Shown: positions 1 to 10,012, counted from the stretch's first letter. The stretch is DNA of 64,000 nt from Spirochaetia bacterium (GCA_963675665.1 OY776510.1:448001-512000); one strand, 5' to 3'. Numbers and translations: made by a program. Notes: a model not told the origin generated them from the letters alone.

Positions 1-97
1 TGGAACCGGTAAGTCCGTTAAAAATTGTAGTCTTTCCGCAATTCGGATTACCCGCGAGCGCTACCGTTATTGTTTTTGTTTCTGTTGCAGTATTCAT
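1..97 (-). CDS. feoB: Ferrous iron transporter FeoB, N-terminal part (runs off window start)
   Basis: Manual translation MNTATETKTITVALAGNPNCGKTTIFNGLTGS = FeoB G1 motif; ATGA overlap with the feoA stop; not in ORF track. Confidence 0.92.
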   Translation of the reverse strand, partial: MNTATETKTITVALAGNPNCGKTTIFNGLTGS

Positions 98-336
98 TTG
101 CAGGCCTCCAGCTCAAGAACCTCGGCTTCAGCCTTGCGGAGGCTGAGGTTATAGCCCCTGACCGATATTTCAACCGGATCGCCCAGCGGCGCTGTTTTCT
201 TCATTACTATTTCAGTGCCCTGAGTAAGGCCGAAAGACAAAAGTTTTCTGCGGTAGTCTTTCCTGCCTTCCCGGTAGCCCGTTATGACCGCCTTTTCTTC
301 AGGTTTCATAGCCGACAATTTAAGCAGCTCTTTCAT
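94..336 (-). CDS. feoA: Ferrous iron transport protein FeoA
   Basis: RRKLLSFGLTQG...APLGDPVEISVRGYNLSLRKAEA FeoA signature; directly upstream of feoB. Confidence 0.93.
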   Translation of the reverse strand: MKELLKLSAMKPEEKAVITGYREGRKDYRRKLLSFGLTQGTEIVMKKTAPLGDPVEISVRGYNLSLRKAEAEVLELEACK

Positions 337-593
337 TATTTCTCTCCCTCTAATATTATTCCGGTCAGCATTTCACGGCCCAGCATTACCTTTCTGCGGT
401 TTATTTCGATAACGCACGGACCATGTTTGTATCCGTTTATCAATCTCATCTCTGCACCGGGCCTTAACCCAAGACCAAGCATCTTTGCCCTGAACCCTCG
501 TCCCGGCCCGAGTTCCGCGATACAGGCTTTCTGTCCTTCTTTCAAATCTGCTGCAGTTGAAAAATGGTACCCGCGACATCTTTTTTGTCTCAT
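336..593 (-). CDS. feoA: Second FeoA-domain protein
   Basis: KMLGLGLRPGAEMRLI...GPCVIEINRRKVMLGR; start moved to ATG 593 after AAGGGGA. Confidence 0.85.
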   Translation of the reverse strand: MRQKRCRGYHFSTAADLKEGQKACIAELGPGRGFRAKMLGLGLRPGAEMRLINGYKHGPCVIEINRRKVMLGREMLTGIILEGEK

Positions 594-614
594 AAGGATC
601 CCCTTGCAAACTTT

Positions 615-657
615 ATTAGTCTTAGCTAATGCTATCACAAACCATAGTTAATGTCAA
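615..657 (-). promoter_or_regulatory. sigma70 promoter of feoAAB with adjoining palindrome (putative metal-responsive repressor site)
   Basis: TTGACA (657-652), 17 bp, TAGCAT with upstream TG; ATTAG-N6-CTAAT palindrome at 615-630. Confidence 0.6.
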
Positions 658-732
658 TTAACCATGGTCGAGTCGGGCAAAATCAGAAAGAAATATCGCT
701 TTTGCGCCGTAATCATAAGAAAAAACCTTGAT

Positions 733-760
733 CTATAACATAACACACGTTATATTATAG
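733..760. promoter_or_regulatory. 28-bp palindromic operator, probably for the TetR at 1255
   Basis: CTATAACATAAC-ACAC-GTTATATTATAG, one mismatch between arms, upstream of the operon. Confidence 0.65.
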
Positions 761-797
761 GTGTTATAAAACGGTTGTAATATATTTGGAGTTGGCA

Positions 798-1232
798 ATG
801 CTTTCAAAAAAAACGGGACTTATCCTGGTTTTTATTCTTCTTGTTTCATCAGGATACAGACTCAACGCCCAGCTGAACGCCGGCGGAACAGTTTACTGTA
901 AAAGCGGCAGGGACGGAACCCTTCTGATAATGCTTGTAGACGAGGAAACATTCAGCAGGCCCATGACGGGCCTGGCCGTAAAAGAGATCAGGGTTTCTTC
1001 GGGCGCCGCATTGATAGATTTTGAATTCGATAATGTCCCGCCGGGCATCTACGGTATAAGATGCTTTGTAGACACCGACGGCAATGAAAAACTCAACAGG
1101 GGGCTGTTTGGGCCCTCCGAACCCTGGGGGATGAGCTGGAATGAAACCGCCCATCCCGGATGGCCCGAATTCAGCATGATTTCATTCAAACTCGAAAAGA
1201 ATCTGTCGGGCCTGAAGATAACCGTTGAATGA
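798..1232 (+). CDS. DUF2141-like secreted protein
   Basis: Signal peptide; F.NVPPGIYGIRCFVDTDGNEKLNRGLFGPSEPWGMS motif; GGAG before ATG 798. Confidence 0.75.
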   Translation: MLSKKTGLILVFILLVSSGYRLNAQLNAGGTVYCKSGRDGTLLIMLVDEETFSRPMTGLAVKEIRVSSGAALIDFEFDNVPPGIYGIRCFVDTDGNEKLNRGLFGPSEPWGMSWNETAHPGWPEFSMISFKLEKNLSGLKITVE

Positions 1233-1254
1233 TATAAATAAAAATGGAGGGAAT

Positions 1255-1869
1255 ATGCCGCCGAAAGGTAAATACAATTCGGAAATAATTATTGAAGCAG
1301 CATTTGAACTTGTGAGGGAAGAGGGCTTTGAACAGCTGTCCGCAAGAAATATTGCAAAGAGGCTCGGATGCTCAACCCAGCCAATATACAGTTTTTTTAA
1401 TTCGATTGAAGAACTGGAAGAAGTCCTGATGAAACGGGTAAAGCGCTACTCACAGGATCTTATCCTGGAATATGAAGACAGCGAGAGCAACTTTCTCGCT
1501 ACCGGCCTGGGTTATTTCCTGTTCGCCCGAAACGAACCGGAACTTTTCAAGGGACTTTTTGTAAAGGGCGGGTGGAGATGGAATTTCACCGCAGATGATC
1601 CTTTTTCGGCTCCTATTCTAATAAAAATGAAGAAGGATAAGTTTTTGGAAAAACTCAAGGAGGAAAAGCTTCTTGATCTTTTCAGGGATATGTTCATATA
1701 CACTCACGGACTGGCTACCCAGGATTACCTGAGCGACACTCCCGTGAGTCTCGAAGAGGCCAGGGAACTTCTTCAAAGGTTGGGGGGAGTGCTAATCGTC
1801 AGCGCCACGATCTCCGGAAAATTTGAAATAGAGAAACTCATGAGGAGGTTTCACGGATGGAACGATTAA
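1255..1869 (+). CDS. TetR/AcrR family transcriptional regulator
   Basis: IIEAAFELVREEGFEQLSARNIAKRLGCSTQPIYSFF HTH; GGAGG SD before ATG 1255. Confidence 0.92.
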   Translation: MPPKGKYNSEIIIEAAFELVREEGFEQLSARNIAKRLGCSTQPIYSFFNSIEELEEVLMKRVKRYSQDLILEYEDSESNFLATGLGYFLFARNEPELFKGLFVKGGWRWNFTADDPFSAPILIKMKKDKFLEKLKEEKLLDLFRDMFIYTHGLATQDYLSDTPVSLEEARELLQRLGGVLIVSATISGKFEIEKLMRRFHGWND

Positions 1870-3260
1870 AAATAATCATATTAAACGGTTCTCCCAAGGG
1901 AGAAACAAGCGTCTCGGTTCAGTATATGCGTTACCTTGAGTTACGCTTCCCTCAACATAATTATGAATTTATTAACGCGGCACAGAACTGCACAAAATAC
2001 GAAAAGAACCGGGCAGCTTTTGAAACTGTTATGGATAAAATCGATAATTCCGACCTGGTCCTTTGGGCTTTTCCGCTGTATTACATGCTTGTCTGCTCAC
2101 AGTACAAACGCTTTATCGAACTTGTTTTCGAACGGGAAAAAACCGGCACATTCAAAGGCAAATATACTGCCGCATTAAGCACCTCGATACATTTTTTCGA
2201 TCATACGGCAATAAACTACATTCAGGCTGTCTGCGATGACCTCGGAATGAACTTCCTTGAAGGAATTACTGCAAAAATGGACGACCTCCGTAATGAAGAT
2301 TTTCGAACAGGTTTCGACAAACTATTTTCCGGTTGGGCGCAATCGGTAAGAACCGGACGACCGGTATCCAGGGGTTTTGCCCCGGTTACAAATGAAACAT
2401 TCAGCTTCGTCCCGGAAAACACAAACTCAATTGTTCAGCAACCCGGCCCGCAGAAGGTTTGCATAGTAGGAGATCTTGAACACAAAGACAGCAACGTCCG
2501 GAAAATGGCTGCCCTGGCTGCCGGCATTAAACCCGGAGCGGAAACAATAGATCTCGGCAGTCTGAAATTCGGGCCCTGCGCCGGGTGCCTTAAGTGCGGA
2601 TTCGACAACATCTGCGCCTATGAAGGCAAAGATAATCTAATCAACCTTCACCGAAATACGATTCTTAAGGCTGATATAATCATTTTTACCGGGGCTATAC
2701 ACGACCGTTACCTTTCATCTGTATGGCAGCGATATCTTGAAAGAACATTTAACTACACTCATCAGCCGAGACTTGTCGGAAAACAGATAGGGTTTATTAT
2801 AAGCGGCCCGCTTGCACAGAACCACAATATCAGGGAAATCCTGCAGGGATATGCCGAAACCATGGGCGGAAACCTGCTTGGGTTTGTAACAGATGAGCCT
2901 GCCGACAACAGCCTTGTATCCCGAAGTATTGAACATCTTATGCATCAGGCTCACGATTGGAATAAAGCAGGCGTCAGAAAACCAAAAAGCTTTTTGGGCA
3001 TCGGCGGCATGAAGATTTTCCGTGATGACATATACAGTCACCTGCGGTTCGTTTTTCAGGCCGACCATGAATTTTACAAACAGCAAGGACTTTATGATTT
3101 TCCGCAAAAAAGGTTTATAATGGCAATGGCAATATCAGCCGGCATGTTGCTTACAAAAATACCGCCGTTGAGGAAAAAGATCAGGCAGCAACTGAGGCAG
3201 GGGATGATAAATCCCTATAAAAAGCTGTTCAGCAAAATATTACCGGCAGGAGTGAAATGA
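1857..3260 (+). CDS. NAD(P)H-dependent oxidoreductase with tandem flavodoxin-like / iron-sulfur flavoprotein domains
   Basis: LNGSPKGETS FMN loop; second domain with CAGCLKCGFDNIC (Cx2Cx2Cx5C). Confidence 0.8.
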   Translation: MERLKIIILNGSPKGETSVSVQYMRYLELRFPQHNYEFINAAQNCTKYEKNRAAFETVMDKIDNSDLVLWAFPLYYMLVCSQYKRFIELVFEREKTGTFKGKYTAALSTSIHFFDHTAINYIQAVCDDLGMNFLEGITAKMDDLRNEDFRTGFDKLFSGWAQSVRTGRPVSRGFAPVTNETFSFVPENTNSIVQQPGPQKVCIVGDLEHKDSNVRKMAALAAGIKPGAETIDLGSLKFGPCAGCLKCGFDNICAYEGKDNLINLHRNTILKADIIIFTGAIHDRYLSSVWQRYLERTFNYTHQPRLVGKQIGFIISGPLAQNHNIREILQGYAETMGGNLLGFVTDEPADNSLVSRSIEHLMHQAHDWNKAGVRKPKSFLGIGGMKIFRDDIYSHLRFVFQADHEFYKQQGLYDFPQKRFIMAMAISAGMLLTKIPPLRKKIRQQLRQGMINPYKKLFSKILPAGVK

Positions 3261-3745
3261 TGTATTATACACAATTCAAAACTCAATTCTGCGAAATAAT
3301 TCTTGCAGGAAATGATGAAGGTCTGAAGTTTCTGCAAATGAATACAAACGACGGAAAAGGCCTTTTCAGGGTTTCGCCGGACTGGGTGCGAAAAGATGCC
3401 TTTTTCTCCGGCATTGTTACACAGATTAATGAATATTTTACCGGCTCCAGACAGACTTTTGACGTGCGGCTTGCACCAGACGGCACAGATTTTCAGAAAA
3501 GCGTGTGGAAGCAATTGCAGGGAATTCCCTACGGTGAAACCCGAACCTACGGCGAGATTGCCGCTGCAGCAGGAAACCCGTCCGCCGTGCGCGCAGTAGG
3601 CGGTGCAAGCAGCCGCAACCCGGTACCGCTGATAATACCCTGCCACCGGGTAATTGGTGCGGGGGGAAAACTTACGGGATTCGTGTACGGCCTCAAGCTA
3701 AAAAAACAGCTCCTGGAGTTTGAAAAAGCAAATCTGTCAAAATAA
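3257..3745 (+). CDS. ogt: Methylated-DNA--protein-cysteine S-methyltransferase
   Basis: GTDFQKSVW, IPYGETRTYGEIA, RAVG, active-site IPCHRV. Confidence 0.95.
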   Translation: MMYYTQFKTQFCEIILAGNDEGLKFLQMNTNDGKGLFRVSPDWVRKDAFFSGIVTQINEYFTGSRQTFDVRLAPDGTDFQKSVWKQLQGIPYGETRTYGEIAAAAGNPSAVRAVGGASSRNPVPLIIPCHRVIGAGGKLTGFVYGLKLKKQLLEFEKANLSK

Positions 3746-3837
3746 CAGGTATTTCAGAGCTTACGGGAAAAAGATCAATTCACCCCTTTGAGAACCGCCG
3801 GTCCCTATGTTATTCTTCCGTATCAGGAGAAAATATT

Positions 3838-4359
3838 ATGAAAAAAGGATATATTCAGGTATATACGGGCGACGGCAAAGGGAAAACCACTGCGTCAATA
3901 GGTCTCGCGGTCAGGGCGCTCGGCGCCGGAATGAAGGTATATTTCGGCCAATTTTTGAAAAACCACCCTTACAGCGAGGTAAAAGGCCTTGCAAGCTTTC
4001 CAGGCAACAATTTAAAGCAGGAGCAATTCGGTACAAAGCGCAGCATCAGCGATCCGATGACTGAGGCTGATTATGAAGCGGCCCTTACAGGAATTGAAAC
4101 TATTGAAAAAGAAATGCTTGAGGGCGGTTACGACCTTATGATCCTTGATGAGTTCAATCTTGTAGCCGGCTATAATATCGTAGCTGAAGAACGCCTGAAA
4201 GAATTTATAAGTAAAAAACCCGACACTACCGAACTTGTGTTTACCGGCCGATCAGCTCCTGAATGGCTTAAAGAACGTGCTGATCTTGTAACTGAAATGA
4301 AAATGATAAAACACTATTATGAAAAAGGCATTCCGGCAAGAAAAGGAATTGAACTTTAA
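3838..4359 (+). CDS. cobO: Cob(I)yrinic acid a,c-diamide adenosyltransferase (CobO/BtuR)
   Basis: QVYTGDGKGKTTAS, QFLK, ILDE, ELVFTGR, KHYY..G.ARKGIE. Confidence 0.93.
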   Translation: MKKGYIQVYTGDGKGKTTASIGLAVRALGAGMKVYFGQFLKNHPYSEVKGLASFPGNNLKQEQFGTKRSISDPMTEADYEAALTGIETIEKEMLEGGYDLMILDEFNLVAGYNIVAEERLKEFISKKPDTTELVFTGRSAPEWLKERADLVTEMKMIKHYYEKGIPARKGIEL

Positions 4360-4384
4360 CCGGCAACACCAGAAAGGAGACACT

Positions 4385-4864
4385 ATGTCATCAGAATTTT
4401 ACAGTTTTACTTTGGAACTTGGCAACGGAGAAAAAAAATCCATGAGCGAGTATTCCGGTAAGGTGGTTCTCATTGTAAACACGGCAAGTGAATGCATTCT
4501 CACTCCTCAGTATGAAGGTTTTCAGAAGCTTTATAAAAAATACAAGGATGCCGGTCTTGAAATACTTGCTTTCCCATGTGATCAGTTTGCCCATCAGGAA
4601 CCCGGAACAGATGAAGAAATTCTTCAATTCTGCAAAGTTAATTACGGCGTCAGTTTTCCGGTTTCCAGAAAAATAAATGTAAACGGCAAAAACACCGATC
4701 CGCTTTATAAATATCTTAAAAAAGAAGTGAAAACAAGGTTCGGAACTTCAATAAAATGGAACTTTACAAAATTCCTGGTTGATCGCACTGGAAAACCTGT
4801 AAAAAGGTTTAAACCGGAAACACTTCCCGAAGAGCTCGAAACAGAGATAGAAGCCTTATTGTAA
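4385..4864 (+). CDS. Glutathione peroxidase family protein (Cys type)
   Basis: VNTASEC..TPQY, AFPCDQF..QEPG, IKWNFTKFLVDR; AAAGGAG before ATG 4385. Confidence 0.93.
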   Translation: MSSEFYSFTLELGNGEKKSMSEYSGKVVLIVNTASECILTPQYEGFQKLYKKYKDAGLEILAFPCDQFAHQEPGTDEEILQFCKVNYGVSFPVSRKINVNGKNTDPLYKYLKKEVKTRFGTSIKWNFTKFLVDRTGKPVKRFKPETLPEELETEIEALL

Positions 4865-4893
4865 CAATACAGGATAATAAATTGCCGTTTATA

Positions 4894-4938
4894 TTGACAA
4901 AAAGATAAAACCACGCTATCTTTATACAAGCTTGTATA
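4894..4938 (+). promoter_or_regulatory. Promoter and PadR-type operator
   Basis: TTGACA then TATCTT; perfect palindrome TATACAAGCTTGTATA at 4923-4938. Confidence 0.75.
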
Positions 4939-4950
4939 TTAAAGGTTAAT

Positions 4951-5487
4951 ATGTCTGTAAAACTTGTCCTTCTCGGGATGCTGAAACATGAACCGATGCA
5001 CGGGTACGAACTCAAAGCCAGGATTGAACAGGAAATGGGAGACTGGACTTCAATAGCATTCGGTTCCATTTATTTCGCGCTTAAAAAGCTTACTGAAGAA
5101 GGCTTTGTTGAACAGGCAGGCCATGAACAGCACGGAAACAGGCCTTCCAGGATAATATACAGGATCACAAAAAAGGGTGAAAATGAGTTTTATAATCTTC
5201 TTGTTAAAACATGGACCGGACATGACAGGCAGTATTTTCCTTTGGACATCGGCCTGTATTTTCTAAATGAACTTGATACTGAAAAAAGACTGGAACTGGT
5301 TCGAAACCGGATAATGGAAGCCGAATATGTGCTTAAAAACCTCAGGCTCCATCAGTCGACAGAAATGAAGAACCCGTATATTCCCCCAATTGCGAATTCA
5401 ATCTTTACACACAGTCTGTATCATCTTGAAGCAGAACGTGACTGGCTACGGGAGGTTGAAATGAATCTGACGGAAGGAAATTATTAA
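4951..5487 (+). CDS. PadR family transcriptional regulator
   Basis: LLGMLKHEPMHGYELK...GSIYFALKKL.EEG...YRITKKG. Confidence 0.93.
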   Translation: MSVKLVLLGMLKHEPMHGYELKARIEQEMGDWTSIAFGSIYFALKKLTEEGFVEQAGHEQHGNRPSRIIYRITKKGENEFYNLLVKTWTGHDRQYFPLDIGLYFLNELDTEKRLELVRNRIMEAEYVLKNLRLHQSTEMKNPYIPPIANSIFTHSLYHLEAERDWLREVEMNLTEGNY

Positions 5488-5510
5488 GTAATGTATTTTT
5501 TTAATCTTAT

Positions 5511-5526
5511 TATACAAGTTTGTATA
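5511..5526. promoter_or_regulatory. Second copy of the PadR-type operator
   Basis: TATACAAGTTTGTATA, 15/16 identical to 4923-4938. Confidence 0.75.
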
Positions 5527-5561
5527 TTTAATCTTGTATTCATAAAACCAGGAGGAATAAA

Positions 5562-6227
5562 ATGAACAGAACAAGAGTAATCGAAACAAACGAAGGGATT
5601 CAGGCTGAAGCGACAGTCCGGGATTTCAACCTCTTTCAGCGCAGTTTCCGTGATCGCGGAATTCTGGAGACGGACGCAATCATACAAAGCGGAATAAACA
5701 GTGGAGTCGCCGTAGAGATAGGCCCCGGCCCGGGCTACCTCGGCCTTGAATGGCTAAAAAATACAGACGGAACAAAGCTCACCGGCGTAGAAATCAGCCG
5801 GGCCATGATCAGGCAGGCGGAAACCAACCGTAGCGAATACAGCCTTGACGAACGGGCAAGCTATATTGAAGGCAGCGCCCTTTCGGTTCCGCTTGAGAAC
5901 AATTCAGCCGATCACGTCTTCTCCAACGGCTCGCTGCACGAATGGGAAAACCCGTACCTGGTTCTTTCCGAAGCATACAGGGTTCTTAAACCAGGCGGAA
6001 GACTTTTTATTAGTGATCTGAAAAGAAACATCAACCCGATTATCGTAGCAGTGATGCTGTTAACCGTCAAAGGCAAGGTAATGAAAGCGGGCTTCCTGAG
6101 CTCTCTTCGGGCAGCCTACACGGCTGATGAGGTCCGCAGGCTTCTGGAATGGTCTGCTTTTAACAAGTATGACGTTCGGGAAAGCGTATTCGGGCTGGAA
6201 CTGACCGCGGAGAAAAATATGGACTGA
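5562..6227 (+). CDS. Class I SAM-dependent methyltransferase
   Basis: VEIGPGPG motif I, GVEIS, RVLKPGGRLFISD. Confidence 0.9.
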   Translation: MNRTRVIETNEGIQAEATVRDFNLFQRSFRDRGILETDAIIQSGINSGVAVEIGPGPGYLGLEWLKNTDGTKLTGVEISRAMIRQAETNRSEYSLDERASYIEGSALSVPLENNSADHVFSNGSLHEWENPYLVLSEAYRVLKPGGRLFISDLKRNINPIIVAVMLLTVKGKVMKAGFLSSLRAAYTADEVRRLLEWSAFNKYDVRESVFGLELTAEKNMD

Positions 6228-6268
6228 TTTATCTGTACCGGCATGCCGACATTATAGTACAATAAAGC

Positions 6269-6805
6269 ATGAGATTATTTTATGCCGTTAACTTTACTCC
6301 CGAAACTGCTGCTATACTCAGAAAACTTCAGGTCAATCTTCGGGAACATGTGAGACACGGCCGGTGGGCGGAAATGGATAACCTCCACCTGACTCTTCAT
6401 TTTGTCGGAGAAGCGGAACCTGACGAGTTGCCGATCTTCAGGAAGGCTCTTGAAACCGCCGCTAAAGCAGTAGACCCGTTTTCAATAAGGTTTACATCAT
6501 ACGGATCGTTCAGGCAGGGAAAGCAGGATCTTATTTACATTAAAACCAAAAATACGGCAGACTCCCTTGAAACAGTTTCGGATATTCTGAAAGAACAGCT
6601 TAAACGCGGAGACATGAAATCTTTTACTCCACATATCACATTGGTCAGAAGGGCTGAGATGAATTACAGTACGCTCAAGCTGCTGAAAAAGCAGCGGTTT
6701 AATCTGCCGCCGTTCACTGTAAACTCCCTGGAACTTATGGAAAGCAGAAAAATCGACGGCAAACTGAAATATATACCGCTTCACTCGGTCAGTCTTAAAA
6801 ACTGA
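6269..6805 (+). CDS. thpR: RNA 2',3'-cyclic phosphodiesterase (2H family)
   Basis: MRLFYAV start; two HxT motifs (NLHLTLHFVG, FTPHITLVR). Confidence 0.9.
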   Translation: MRLFYAVNFTPETAAILRKLQVNLREHVRHGRWAEMDNLHLTLHFVGEAEPDELPIFRKALETAAKAVDPFSIRFTSYGSFRQGKQDLIYIKTKNTADSLETVSDILKEQLKRGDMKSFTPHITLVRRAEMNYSTLKLLKKQRFNLPPFTVNSLELMESRKIDGKLKYIPLHSVSLKN

Positions 6806-6825
6806 TCTGTAAAGCTTCGACACCC

Positions 6826-7500
6826 CTATTCGACCGGCAAATTGTTTCTCATCCAGTCGCCTATTCCGTATCTCAGGTTATAAACCCTGCTGAAACCGGA
6901 ATCTATCAGCATTTTTGAAGCTACCGTGCTGCGATTGCCTGAAGCGCAGTAAACCAGAATATCCTGCTCTTTATACTCTTCAAGCTTTGCCATATTCTCT
7001 GCAAAAACCTGGACCGGAAGAAGACCGGCACCCGGGATATGTCCCGCTTTGTACTCATCAGGTGTGCGAACATCAAGAATAAGCGGGTTTACATTTTCAA
7101 TCAGCTCGGCAGCCTCCGCAGCTTTAAGCTCGTGATAATTCGGATTTTCAAGCTCAAGCACATGCAAAATTCCCGACTTATTACCCAGAGTGAACTTGTA
7201 GTCTCCACTTTCTTTCATCTTTACATAAGGTTTATCAGTCTCAGGTTTCGGCATGGTTTCATCAATTTCAAGATCCTGAACCCTGAACTGATAACTGCCG
7301 CCGTCTTCAAAATTGAAAACCACATAGTCTCCGCGATAGATTGTATATTCCAGAGCATCCGGACCGGAATCAACCTCAAGAACCCGTAGTCCCCCCTCAA
7401 TTGTTCCGGAGATATCTGTCGTCCCGCCCTCGGAACCGCCGCTTGCCGCAATCGGAAAAACAACCAATAGTCCTAGTAATATCATACCCAACAGTTTCAT
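6826..7500 (-). CDS. Exported rhodanese-domain protein with extra N-terminal domain
   Basis: Signal peptide; ILDVRTPDEYKAGHIPGA, VYCASGNRS, GIGDW. Confidence 0.85.
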   Translation of the reverse strand: MKLLGMILLGLLVVFPIAASGGSEGGTTDISGTIEGGLRVLEVDSGPDALEYTIYRGDYVVFNFEDGGSYQFRVQDLEIDETMPKPETDKPYVKMKESGDYKFTLGNKSGILHVLELENPNYHELKAAEAAELIENVNPLILDVRTPDEYKAGHIPGAGLLPVQVFAENMAKLEEYKEQDILVYCASGNRSTVASKMLIDSGFSRVYNLRYGIGDWMRNNLPVE

Positions 7501-7637
7501 AACTTACCTCGTTTATAGTTCTCTTATATAGTATATTAACTATATTTCACATCGTCCACTCTTTTTGTTTTTGTGACCATTCCAACAATCAAAATTGTAT
7601 CTTTACAACAATACACAGCTCGGGTAAGATTCCTGAA

Positions 7638-8336
7638 ATGAGCAGAAAAAAAGCGTTTACAGCAGCACTAAAAGCTTCCTCGCCTGTTTTTTTCGGATAC
7701 ATATCAATCGGCTTTGCATACGGATTTCTGCTGGTCAAGTCCGGTTTTGAATGGTACTGGGCTCCGATTATGAGCCTCACTATTTTTGCCGGGGCTGCCC
7801 AGTTTATGGCAATAAACCTCATCAACCAGAATAAAAGCTTTATCGAAATGGGACTTGCCGTTTTTCTGCTCAATGCAAGGCACATGGTATACGGTTTTTC
7901 CGTACTTGAACGTTTCGCCCCGTTTAAAAAATTCAAAAAATATCTTATTTTCGGACTTACCGATGAAACATATGCCCTTTTAACAACAATAGACCCTCCT
8001 GAAGACTCTGATCCTGAATTCTTCGATTTCTGCGTAACAGCCCTTGATCAGTCGTACTGGACAATCGGGGGAATTCTCGGCGCGCTGCTCGGAACAGTTA
8101 TAAGCTGGAACGCTCCGGGGCTTGATTTTGCCCTGACCGCTTTGTTTGTGGTTCTTCTTATTGAACAGATAAAAACCCTCAAAAGACCCGGACCGTTCAT
8201 TCTGGGGTTTATTGCTCCCGTGCTTTTCTATGTTGCAGGGTTTACCGAGCAGGCTCTTTTCCTCGGAATAGTCATCAGCTCAATCGGCTGCTTTCTCATG
8301 AAAAAACCGAAACCATGCGGAGTTGCTGATGATTAG
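7638..8336 (+). CDS. azlC: AzlC family branched-chain amino acid exporter permease
   Basis: PVFFGY..IGFAYG, IFAGAAQF, LNARH..YG, FGLTDETYA. Confidence 0.92.
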   Translation: MSRKKAFTAALKASSPVFFGYISIGFAYGFLLVKSGFEWYWAPIMSLTIFAGAAQFMAINLINQNKSFIEMGLAVFLLNARHMVYGFSVLERFAPFKKFKKYLIFGLTDETYALLTTIDPPEDSDPEFFDFCVTALDQSYWTIGGILGALLGTVISWNAPGLDFALTALFVVLLIEQIKTLKRPGPFILGFIAPVLFYVAGFTEQALFLGIVISSIGCFLMKKPKPCGVADD

Positions 8337-8646
8337 AATACTTATCGCAGTTGCAGTTATGACACTGGCAACACAGCTTACCAGGTTTTTTCCGTTTCTG
8401 CTGTTTTCCAGACGTGAACCTCCCAAATGGCTTATTACAGGAGCCAAACTGATTCCCGGCGCGGTTATGACGGTGCTTGTGGTCTCATGCATGCCGCATA
8501 ACTTCAACTTTACATCGCCTGAAACATGGATCCCGTGGGCCGGAGTAGCTGTTGTAAGCATTCTGCACCTGCTGTTCAGACATCCGCTGGTAAGCATTTT
8601 CGGAGGCACCGGCGTTTATATGACCCTGCTTCACTTTTTCGGGTAA
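8323..8646 (+). CDS. azlD: AzlD family partner protein
   Basis: TRFFPFLLF, SIFGGTGVYM; overlaps azlC. Confidence 0.9.
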   Translation: MLMIRILIAVAVMTLATQLTRFFPFLLFSRREPPKWLITGAKLIPGAVMTVLVVSCMPHNFNFTSPETWIPWAGVAVVSILHLLFRHPLVSIFGGTGVYMTLLHFFG

Positions 8647-8665
8647 ACTTCATCTTAAAGTACTC

Positions 8666-8714
8666 TTGACAAAAAGCAAGTCTTTTATTACCGTTGGTAA
8701 TTACCATTGGTAAT
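8666..8714 (+). promoter_or_regulatory. Promoter with tandem palindromic operators
   Basis: TTGACA near 8666; overlapping ATTACCGTTGGTAAT / ATTACCATTGGTAAT at 8687-8714. Confidence 0.7.
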
Positions 8715-8736
8715 CTATAATTAAGAGGAAAAGTAA

Positions 8737-9495
8737 ATGAAGAAACTCAATATTGTATCTGGCATTCTTGCCGTAGCGGCTTCAGTTGCCGGGATTTTTT
8801 TTAATATCTACAAGGATATTCCATGGGCTGTATATCAGATGAAGGGACAGGATGTCGTTACCATAATAGCTTCTGCAGTACTGATTCTCAGCGTTTTACA
8901 TTATGACAGGAAATCACTGACGATAACCGCCGGCATCAATGCCTATCTGATCTATACCTATTTTTTATATGCGATTGCATCAAGGCTCAATCCTTTCTTT
9001 CATATTTATCTTGCTGTAGTTTTAACTTCGCTGGTGTCCCTGGTTACCGCAATAGACCGGCTAAGAGGTATATCCGGGGCTTCCGCAGGGAAAAGAGCAA
9101 AGGCTTTTTCAGTTATCTATCTGAGCGTTATTGCTTCGGTGCTGACATTTCTTTGGAATGCAGACATATTTGCCACTCTTTCCGGCAGTCCGATTTTGAA
9201 TACACCTGCCGGAGACCCTCTGACAATAGTCTATGTTTTCGATCTGACATTTGTTATCCCGGCAATAATATATACCCTATACCTGTTAAAAACAGGTAAG
9301 AGCTTCGGCATCCCGCTGTGCTGTGTTGTTCTGGTTAAGTGCGTAACCATGGGCGCGGCTCTTCTCGGAATGACTATCGGGGTCTGTATCGGCGGATTTG
9401 AACTTGAAACTTTTCTTGCGGCATTCTGGTTTATCCTTGCCTTGACAGGCGCCGCCGCTCTGACAGTATTTTTGAAGGGGAGCAGAATTGGTTAA
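8737..9495 (+). CDS. Multi-pass membrane protein, unknown function
   Basis: ~8 hydrophobic helices; GQD and YVFDL motifs; co-oriented with TetR. Confidence 0.75.
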   Translation: MKKLNIVSGILAVAASVAGIFFNIYKDIPWAVYQMKGQDVVTIIASAVLILSVLHYDRKSLTITAGINAYLIYTYFLYAIASRLNPFFHIYLAVVLTSLVSLVTAIDRLRGISGASAGKRAKAFSVIYLSVIASVLTFLWNADIFATLSGSPILNTPAGDPLTIVYVFDLTFVIPAIIYTLYLLKTGKSFGIPLCCVVLVKCVTMGAALLGMTIGVCIGGFELETFLAAFWFILALTGAAALTVFLKGSRIG

Positions 9496-10012
9496 AAAAA
9501 GCAAAAAGAAAGAAATTCTGGATGCCGCATTCCATCTTCTGAAAGAATCAGGAGATATATCTTCACTGAACCTGAGGAAAACGGCCAGACTGGCCGGTTG
9601 CGCTCATACGAATGTTTATAACTACTTCCCGAACCTTGAAGCATTAAAGTGGGCCATGCTCGAACAGGCCCTCCATATGCTTGAAAAATTCATATTCGAT
9701 GTTTCAGAGAAACAAAACGATATTATAAAAGTGATATCACGCTACATTGATTTTGCGTTTCTGCATCCGGAGCTTTATAAGCTGATATGGATTACAAACC
9801 TGAGTTCTGAATTCGAACCTTCAGATACCGGTTCTTTGACGAGAATTCCGGATAGACTGCTTATGTACGCGGATCCCGTCAGGCTGGATACGGCTTATTC
9901 ATTTGTGCACGGCAAACTGGTGAATATAATCTTCTCACGGACAAAAATGGAAAACCCCGAAACAACCAAAGCAAACATCCTCAAAATCTGTAAAGGGATT
10001 CTTGAGGAATAA
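9488..10012 (+). CDS. TetR/AcrR family transcriptional regulator
   Basis: ILDAAFHLL...LNLRKTARLAGCAHTNVYNYF. Confidence 0.88.
   Translation: MVKKSKKKEILDAAFHLLKESGDISSLNLRKTARLAGCAHTNVYNYFPNLEALKWAMLEQALHMLEKFIFDVSEKQNDIIKVISRYIDFAFLHPELYKLIWITNLSSEFEPSDTGSLTRIPDRLLMYADPVRLDTAYSFVHGKLVNIIFSRTKMENPETTKANILKICKGILEE

Noticed and set aside
4385-4864. Selenoprotein glutathione peroxidase
   Set aside because: The active-site codon is TGC (Cys).
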